A stretch of 62,005 bases of DNA, the filler included, from Sluysia triapertura (lineage: Eukaryota), in NCBI GenBank assembly GCA_046118255.1. It is 5 parts of 5 records of this genome, joined end to end, with 100 filler letters (N's around TTAATTAATTAA, not from the genome) between each part and the next. Parts side by side here need not be neighbours in the genome. Positions count along the whole stretch, not along the records: positions 50,437 to 62,005 come from JBJNIA010183302.1; 4 more parts are not named here. One strand, 5' to 3'. Each line of letters starts with the position of its first letter. The first letter of the stretch is position 1. Under the pieces are notes generated by a model. That model had not been told where the DNA came from, ran no database searches, and saw only the letters and a list, made by a program, of their open reading frames with translations. Of this stretch, positions 52,933-62,005 are shown piece after piece. The position numbers and the translations under genes were made by a program.

Positions 52933-55529
52933 CACGTTCGCTGCCGAGCGACACAGACACAAACTTCTACCTACGAGATAACTCATATGGAAGTGTGGTG
53001 GCCAACCTTTAACTCAAAATTCAAAATTCAGATATTCTAACATTTTACTTTCCCAGATCTATTCAAACCTTTTTACACGTCAAAACATTCTAAATTCACA
53101 ATTTTACAACATCAAAACTATATTTTCATTCAAACCATTAATGTACATTTCAAATTTCATTCAAAACATTTTTAACTTATAATTTTACAACATTAGAATT
53201 ACAATTTACGTGTCAAATTATCAAATATACATTTCAAAGTTTATCCAAAACATTTCAAGTTCACAATTCTTCAACATTCAATCATTAACATTAAACTCAC
53301 CCTTTAAAACCATTCAAAACATTCCAATCAAAAAGAACTTTTTTCTAAAGAATTTTATTTAAATTAATTAAATTAGCTAAAGAGAAAAAATTTTAAGATT
53401 TTAAAGAAAAGATCATGTAAGAATAAAGAAAGAATTTAAAAGAACAAAGTTCATGCGTTTTTATATTGTATATAATAATATTATTATTTAATTATTTTAA
53501 TTATTATTATTTTTAACATTTTTATTATCATCAATATTTTTATTAATTTTATTTCTGTCCATTTAGACAGATTATTTGTGCACAAATTGAATCTTTTAGT
53601 TGCTGTTTGCTTACATTGAAATTACCTGTCACCATTTCTCAATTGTCATTTCTGTTTAGACATACGTTTAGACAGCTTGAGATTAATATTAACTTACTCA
53701 ATTTGATTGGATGTCCAATCAATTCTACTTTCTTGTTTCACTATCAGTTTCTACCATTGGACGTCCAATCATAATCGATATCTCACAATTTGCACACTAT
53801 TTTTACGCAACTTTAAAAAAAATTTAAAAAAATATTAAATTAAAAAGAGTTAAAAAACTTACACGTTAAAAATTTTTTATGGCACTGAAAAGTAAAAAGG
53901 AGTACTCAAATTTTAGAGAAAATAATTTATGTAACATGATTAGACAAATTTTGGTTCAATTACGTAAAAAGTTAATAATCAGCTAAAGTCATCATCATCA
54001 ATGAGCAACGTTAAATGAGTACTTCTACAATAATTCTACAATGATAATTCGTTGTCAGTTATAACACTAAACCTTATTCAAATGTATATGAAAGTTTGTT
54101 ACCCTAAAATTGAATTAGAATATCGATTAAATTATTGCCTATTTTATGGAATGGCTTGAGAGAGATTCATAATCAAGTTCAAAAAGATTTTATTCCATAT
54201 TGATTCTTGCAAACATTACAAGTAAAAGTTAGAGATAGTAATCTAAAGGTATATGACTGCACAAGCATACCTTATCAACGATAATACATTGTTGAATTTA
54301 TCAAAATTAAGAGAAACTATACTGTAAGCGAATTACTTAATCGAATAAGAAATAATTTTACTGATAAAAAACATTCTCAATTATTTTCAATAAATACCTA
54401 TCGAATCCAATTGATACTAAAAATGGTGATTATATGTTAATCAAATTCGAAGAAGACATGAATTTCTTTCACATAATTCACATCTGTTTACGAGTATTCC
54501 CGGTTACCTTAACGAAGACCAGGTAAGTATGATTCTACAGAAGATAGATGTACAACATTGAGCATTGCTCTATCTAATCTTCATTCATATAATGTCGAAT
54601 TGCTTGTTAGTAAAGCTACAACACATTATTCAAAATGTATTCAACAGTCTTCATTTAACTACTATTCTTTTAACGAAATGAATGTTGCAAACAATCTTAC
54701 TCTCTCAGCAATCACAACATGAATCGCTATTGCTTCAAACCAACAGAAGTATAATTTTTTCCGAACAGTCCAATGTCCATTCTAATTGAATGAATTGAGT
54801 GAATGCTGTAAATTTGGACAATCTTGTTATTTTTATCATAATATCCAAGAAATACGTTATATTGGTGCTAATCAAAACATTATTAATGATTACTTAGATC
54901 GTGTAAATAATTTAGTAATGACCATTCAAGCTGATAAAGTCAAAGATGAGTTGACATTTAACAAAAATCATGCCGACTTCTTGGACAATACTCAATCTAT
55001 TAGCTCTATAGACGATCAAGAGTAATTTTTATTTTTTTTAATCAACACATATACAATTTTGATTATTTTTTTAAAGGAATTTACTGTCGGAGAAAGTCAT
55101 TAATTTTCGAAATACAAACAGCCCTTTCAATATCATAAATGACTCTATAACTTTTAATTTTAATATAATCTTTATGTTCAAGATAAATAAAAGTATTTCG
55201 ATGTTTGTCTTTTCGGTCATTTTGTTAATTATGAGAGATAAATACAAATCAATTAAATTAAATTTCTAAGTTAATTATAATTAATCTTAATGATATAGAT
55301 GATGTTAAAAACATAAATAAAGTATATAAACCTCCTTTCACACCAGAGAAAGTTGACATGTTAAATAACTTTTTTATTATTTTCTTATTAAAAATGACTT
55401 TAAATGGTATTGAATTTTTTAACTGCCAAAAAATACTACAACACCTTATCGAAAACTGATAATGTAAACACACCTGACTCAAAAGCCAGAACTGATCCGT
55501 CGCACATGTGCGACGGTGTAGCGAATATG
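52933..55529 (+). mobile_element. 2.6-kb non-autonomous piggyBac-ended element carrying a cargo gene
   Basis: TTAA at 52929-32 and 55530-33; imperfect TIR CACGTTCGCTGC versus CATATTCGCTAC (reverse complement of the right end); perfect 20-bp subterminal palindrome CCGTCGCACATGTGCGACGG; no transposase motifs recognised inside. Confidence 0.65.
53879..55025 (+). pseudogene. Decayed ORF with a CCCH (TIS11-like) zinc finger
   Basis: FRTVQCPF*LNELSECCKFGQSCYFYHNIQEIR has a KTELC-like lead-in and a C-x-C-x5-C-x3-H pattern followed by an ELR-like tail; upstream coding-like sequence is disrupted. Confidence 0.65.
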
Positions 55530-56095
55530 TTAAAATACTTTTTAAATAGAATCAATTTAACTATTTTTTATTTTAATTTAAAATGATACTGCACTTATTT
55601 AAGTAGGGCTATTACTAAATTGTTTATTAAAATCAAATCAAAGTCGAGTTACTATAAGAATTAAAATCAAGTTTCGCTGTATGATTTGCAAAATTCTTAT
55701 GCTATTTTTCTTTGTTCAGATTGTATAGTAATAAATAATTAATTTTCATCATATAAGATTCTTCCTATAATGAATATTTCACTGGCTAACCACTTGTATG
55801 TCGTGGATCATATGCTATGGCTCTAAAGCTGATTTCTACTATTTACTACTTAATTGCAATGCATTATATCGCTTTGATGTTTATAAAGATGTTTTTTCAT
55901 ATTATTAACTGTTTTCAATTATACGACATTTAGATATTATAAAGTGCTATATTAATATGTACAAGATTTACTAAAATACTTTTACTATATTTACAAATGA
56001 ATTCTTACAATATTCTTATTTAATACAATATTATTACTATGATATTGTTGAAATATTTATTATGCATGTAGCAATATTTAAAAATCTAGACTAAC

Positions 56096-56226
56096 CAAGC
56101 GACACTTCGAATTGATAATGGCACTGCTGCAGCATAAACAGCTAAATCTCCATATAAATATATGCAAATAACCAGATAAAAGAAAAATAAGCCAATCCTA
56201 TTAAAGTACGTCATTGCCATCTTTCC
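56096..56226 (-). CDS. TMEM104: TMEM104 (amino-acid-transporter-like membrane protein), internal exon
   Basis: tttag|GKMAMTYFNRIGLFFFYLVICIYLYGDLAVYAAAVPLSIRSVA(C)|gttagt; matches the TMEM104 hallmark GQMASMFFNKVG..LFY...VYLYGDLAIYAAAVP.SL..V.C. Confidence 0.9.
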
Positions 56227-57711
56227 CTAAATTAATGTTATTTTATTTAAAATGACAATAATTGTCAGAATTGTATATTAATATAAAATTAAATAATTGA
56301 AAGCTAAGAGTTAAGTGTAAGAGTCCCATATTACAAACATTATTTAAATAAAGAAATAAAATAGAGATTATTTTTCTTGTTCATATTAATATTGAAAATG
56401 TTTTCCACACTCTAACAAGGCCCTTTTCAATGACTGACACTTATATAACAATAAAAACACCATCTATTATACGACTGAAAACATAGAAAAGAATTTAAAA
56501 AAGTAGTAACAATAATAATAATAATGTAAAAATATGAAAAAACGAATGTTTGATGAATATTTCGAATGGTTGATAAATAAAAGTAGATATTTTGGGCATT
56601 ATTGTAAATATATTAACGAATGAATATTAAATTATTATATTATTAGTATAATATTATTGTTTAATAAACTATTAAACAATGAATGCAGGTGATTGATTAC
56701 TCTGAAATAAATATACATAAATTATTAAGTATTGTATGTTTGAATAGAAAAACAATTTAATGTAATAAATATTAAATTAAATGTTGTGAATAAATTTTAT
56801 ATTACATAAAGAATTTTCCAATGTATACATGTTTATACAAATAATTCTTAATGCAGAAACATTAATCAAGAATTATAATTGTACATAATTTTATATAATA
56901 CAAAAAACATAAATATTGGATGTTTGTAACAAAACCCTCACAAGTCAATTATCCAACTTGGTATATCATCGATTCAATATCTAATCATTGTGATCTTCAA
57001 TAACTTCTCTATAGTAGTGATCGATAACGACTACAGGACAATTTTCGATCTTGTTATAATATACATGAGTCGTTATTTTTATTATACTTAAGATATAAAA
57101 TTATTTGTAATTTCAATTAACGATTTATAAAATCTAGCTTCATTTGTATAATTAATGAATTACATGTTTAAACAAAGAAAGAAACCTTGTATAAATTTGT
57201 CAGTATATTACTCTTTTAAGTTTTGATTATTTTATGTGGGATTGAAAATTAATATTTAAACGTTTCGATTAATTTAGATAGAGACAAATAGTGTCCTCTA
57301 AGTTAAAGTTACATTAACTAGAATGGTTCATTTAAACCAAAGTGATAAACAAAACTTGATTTACATTAAGAATCATTAGATTAATAATTAAAATTTTAAA
57401 GTTTAATCAGCGAAGAATCATAAAAGATAAATATAAAGTTAACACTTGTTATAATAGTAAACGATTAAATAAATATAAATAAAGTTATCAGTTTTTACAT
57501 AAAACTTATTAAGAAGAAATCGAAAGTCCACAGTTTCATATTATCAGAAGTAAAGTAAATTTTGAAGAGTTAAAATCAAAAATGAATTAAGAATTAACAC
57601 GTGAGACTAAATAACTATCACCTTTAACTCCTTTAATAAATAATAAGTAATAATAATATTAATAATTTAAAATGTTAAATATAGGGAGTGGAACTTCCCA
57701 CACCAAATTGG

Positions 57712-58240
57712 CTAATAGTAAAGGCTACCGATTATGTGTGGATAGGTTGCATACTGTTTAATTGAAATTATATAATCAACAATATCTAAACGAATACTCT
57801 TGATTTTAGACAGTCGTTTCATCACCGTATCTGGGTCTGAACCAGTAGGCGATCTTGTGTGAACAAAAATTATAAGTTTTATAACATTATCAACATCTAA
57901 GCTAATAATCTCGATAAAATATACATCGTCTATCATATCCAAACCGATACATCGGTATATTATTCTGATTTTGAAATGCCACTTCGGTAACCCGAATGAT
58001 GTGAAACTCAGCATTTTGAAATTTGAAATCGGTTCGATTGATTCGTAGTGCATCACTACCTGAGCAAGGCAGACACGTTGATATACAATTCCGACTTTGA
58101 AGCGTAGGTTCATCATCGCATCTGGAGCCAAACCAGCAGGCGACCGAATCCCAACAACACCTGCTACGTCCAAACCGATACATCGAAACAGCATCGCGAT
58201 TCTTTTCAAAACATATTTGTAGCTTATGTTCGTCAGCATT
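57712..58240 (-). CDS. Hypothetical ORF with internal duplication, next to a piggyBac-like end
   Basis: Longest ORF in the window (about 175 aa from the first ATG), GC-richer than flanks, with repeated RCIGLD...RSP(A/T)G..PD..M units. Confidence 0.35.
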
Positions 58241-59400
58241 TTTTTTCGATATTTCAAAAATTAAGTTAAATAAAAAAAATTAAGTTAGTAACGTGATAAA
58301 CGCATTTACTTATTAGTTGCAGAAACGCCAACTATACATTATAAGACGTTTACTGTAACTGGACCCTGCTCAATTTTATTTTACCGTAGATTTAGCTTTA
58401 AGAAAACCACAGCAATTAACAATATTTCAATTATCTTATCTATACCAATAATTGTATTATATTAAATATTACATTACATTATCATGATCATCACTATCAT
58501 CATTATTGGATCACACAAAATATTGACTTTAAACAGAAACTTGAATCGATCTTAGATACGCTCTTAGATGTTGAAAACAATCTGGAATAGAGTTACAATT
58601 TCCTGGTAATCTTGTCAAACAGTTATTCCAACTATATTCACAATTTTTGTTTATTATTATTGTTTCCATTCTCATTTATTACAAAACCCCACTAATAATA
58701 ATTTTTTGTAATATTCATGTTGTTTATTTATTACTTTAAATTAAAATAAATTAAATTAATAAATTTAGTTGATACATATTAATTATCAATGACTCATTTA
58801 TTTTAAAATTAACAAATTTTACGAAATTCTTAATCGTTTATAAAATATTTCTTTATAATCGTTTTTGATGTTAAAAACGAAAGTACGGATAAAAATAGTT
58901 TTATTTCTCAAAAAATAAAACTAAGAAACTTTTATAAAGTTTTAATTTTAAGAAATGACAAATTTGAAGAAAAGTTTTATTCAAATTTTAAAATCAGATA
59001 TTGTACTTATGTTTGCAAATCTTTGTTAAATTCCAAATTATCAATAAATAATCAATTCCAATGCTTCTAAAAAAATCTTCAATAAACCAAATTATTAATG
59101 TTTACTACCAATACTCCAAAATAATTTTAATAAACGGTTAATGGTTAATTAATCGATAATTTTAAAGTAGTTCTACAAATATTTCCAAAACTTTGTCTCA
59201 CCGTATTTTATTATTTTAATTAAATTGATTTAAATTCTAATAAATCAATAGATTTCTTATTCGTTGTATCAGAAATTTCTTGCAAGATAACGTTTTTTGT
59301 GAATATTAGGTTTTTTTTGTTATTGTCGTTACGCCCACACGGTCTCTGAATTGAGGTGCATCAAGGAAAAAGATTCAAATTACAATGCTCATTTTTTTAG

Positions 59401-59667
59401 AATTACCGAACTAGTCAAAAGCTTTAGTTTGTTGACAACGATTTCTGGTAACAATAAAAGTAATTAATTCTTTTACCTATTGTGTTAATATTATAAATTA
59501 TTTTTGTTCTTCAGATAGCGCAACATTTAACTACATTGGAGACACGTGCAGAAGTCAGTGCTTAACATTTAAAATTTTTATAAATAAAATTTTATGTGAA
59601 TGTTATTTCTTATATTTTGAACAAAACTTTAAAGATTATTTTCAATTTGTATTTTTTAAAAAATAAA
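59401..59667 (+). CDS. Possible two-exon fragment of an unknown gene
   Basis: tttag|59401-59447|gtaaca...ttcttcag|59515 onward; the joined frame reads ITELVKSFSLLTTISDSATFNYIGDTCRSQCL...; no family recognised. Confidence 0.25.
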
Positions 59668-61244
59668 CCTTTAATAAAGTTCAATGGGTACTGTTTTAAT
59701 CTAAGACTAAGTAGCTGTTTTAACTTTAATCAAATGAATGTAATTTATAACTTTAAATTCATCAATCATCATCATTTACCACAACACAGACAATTTTATT
59801 AACTATAAATACAATGGAAGAAAGTAGTCAAATAGAAATAACAATAAAAATTGATATTTTGTAATCAAAATCCCAAAGGATCTTTTATTTTATCTTTTTA
59901 ATAATATTATTTGAATATAAAATTTTCCTTTCTGTAGAACAGAAATTAAATAAATGATTTTTCGTAAGATTTTATTATTTCAATCCGTAGGACTGAAGTG
60001 AACTTACTAAAATATAACTTACTGAATGTTTGCTAAAATGATAAATCAAATTCAGGTTGTTCTTCTAAAATTCCCTATTAATAAATTATCTGAATTATCT
60101 GCGGATGGTTGCAATGGCTCCAAACGATATAATTACTTGATATAATTATCTTCTAAATCGTTTTCTCTCTCGTTAAACAAAATGGCGATTATCACTAAAC
60201 TGATGCTAGTTCATATAGTTGTTATCAGTCAATAAGAACATTCTAGAAACTTCTTTCATATTTTTCCATTTTAGAAATTGACGATTTTAATAAATTTAAT
60301 AATTTGAGAGGGTTAAAATTCTTCTTTATTATTATTATTATTTATCTATTTATTTGGTTTTGCCTTGGTTTCGCTAATTGGTTTGCCTTTTTATATCAAA
60401 AATTAGATTTCGATGCTGTTGAGATATGCTCTGGCAAAATTATATTAATCTCGTAAGTTTGTTTTTTGCTTCACTTATCTGGAGTCGCCCGTTCACTCGT
60501 CGTAGATGGAGCGATGGAAGTGCAAAACTTAGTTTATGAGGCCTTAAATACTTTAGAATGTTAATGTTAAGTTGTCCAAATACCTTCGAAATAACGCCAA
60601 ATTGACACAAAAACTGTATTATTCAAAAAAGTAAAACGATTACGAAATAACACACAATTTTTCAATAAAAACACTGAATACGTTACAATTAATATGTTAT
60701 ACAAAATGTTTAGTTACAAAATCGTAAAAATCTTTAATAAATGTTTAATTACAAAACTCGAAGTACTCGTAATTACCTTACTGTTCTTAAAGAAAATGAT
60801 CAAATTAATCAAAGTTATTAATAATAAATTAATGTAATAAATGAGTCTTAAATTAAATACCTTGTTAGGAATGGTTAATTTCTCCTTACTAAAATCAACT
60901 GGATTGATTAACAATTGAAATCTTCTTCTTAGACAATTAAATCTTCTTCTAAAAATTGTACCTGTCAACCAAAATGCCTCTCTATTTATACCAGTTGTGT
61001 AATTACCTATAACTATTATTATTCGTTTGTAATTACTTTGTTCATTATTCTAATTGAAAATCCATTAAGTCTTTATTATTTTTCTTTAAAACTTATGCAT
61101 TATTATTATTTTAAATAAATAAAAATTAATCTAAATTGGAAATAAAACTATTTTAAATTAATTTAAATTGGAAATAAAATTGTATTTTTATTTTTTATTT
61201 TACTTACAATATTCTGATATATAATTAATCAATTAAAGCTTGCT

Positions 61245-62005
61245 TTAATTCTTGTGTGATACTATTTCCAGAATAGAATTATCAAGATTATTATCATCAT
61301 TATCATTTTCTTCAAAACTTTCATTTTCATAAATTTCTTGGAAAACTTCCTCATCCTCAGGGAAGTTGTAAAATGTTTAAGACTTTATGATTTAATTAGA
61401 AAATTTTTTGTGAAAGGTTTTGTTATGGGATGTTCATTATAATAAAATTAGGCATAATGAGTTAAATTTGTAAAATAATCGTGTTAACTCCAAAAATAAA
61501 AAACGCTAATGAAAGCTATAATTTAAAAATAAGTATAAGATTTCTGAACTTAATTCATATATGTTGCAGCTGAAGAATTTTCTGACTAATTAATCTTTCA
61601 AAACGTATTACGATAATTTTACAACTATAACAAACTCAAATAATACTTGTCACATAGGTAATTAACAGCTTTAGGAATTGAATTATGAAATTCAAAAAAA
61701 CTGATTTTAACAAAATATGGAATAAGGCTTATTGACTTAAATTTTCAATTATTTTCAGAGATAATACATAAAATACTTAACTAATTCATAAATTTCTATT
61801 ATTTCAAATAAACTACTTCCTATGTCTGATCTAACTTCACTGGCAAATGAAGTAGCATTTACAAGATTTTCTCTCGAATCATTAATTAATTCTTCTAAAT
61901 AGAAATTAAATAATAAATTTTTTAAAACCTGTTTCTGTACCGTAATTTCGTTTATTTACTTCGGATTCATAATTATGATCAATAGTATGTAAGGATTGAT
62001 AAACA
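61245..62005 (-). pseudogene. Decayed spliced ORF with acidic tail, running off the window end
   Basis: YQSLHTIDHNYESEVNKRNYGTET|34-nt GT-AG intron (61928-61895)|EELINDSRENLVNATSFASEVRSDIG..., then stops, then FPEDEEVFQEIYENESFEENDNDD. Confidence 0.4.

Noticed and set aside
53030-53330. CRISPR-like or satellite array
   Set aside because: Only degenerate ACATT/TCAAA low-complexity repeats with no constant repeat-spacer period, in a eukaryotic context.
59950-61010. LTR/gag remnant suggested by TATAAATA and GC-richer patches
   Set aside because: No gag zinc knuckle, PBS or paired LTR could be identified.

Overview
Very AT-rich, repeat-laden draft scaffold from an animal (standard genetic code, GT-AG introns) with five assembly gaps; four of them contain the artificial TTAATTAATTAA linker. 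Most ORF-track entries are spurious. The real genes appear as scattered exons, translated by hand: two exons of a class B1 (secretin/CRF/calcitonin-like) GPCR (+), three exons of cysteine string protein/DNAJC5 (+), one TMEM104 exon (-), one EGF-like exon (-) and one unassigned exon (+). The rest is mostly mobile-element debris: piggyBac elements and MITEs, a Ty3/Gypsy pol remnant, an R2/NeSL-like LINE fragment, a mariner remnant and many decayed ORFs. Three observations stand out. (1) A miniature LTR retroelement (TRIM) family with four copies, whose ~98-bp TG...CA LTR is essentially a tRNA-Ala gene (LTR-PBS-160 bp-LTR at 44.1-44.3 kb). (2) piggyBac-ended elements that carry non-transposase cargo genes, including a CCCH zinc-finger ORF and, more tentatively, a chimeric Rpn10/PSMD4 fragment. 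(3) (ATT)n/(AAT)n tracts that repeatedly abut genuine exons. All family assignments come from motif recognition by eye; no database searches were run.
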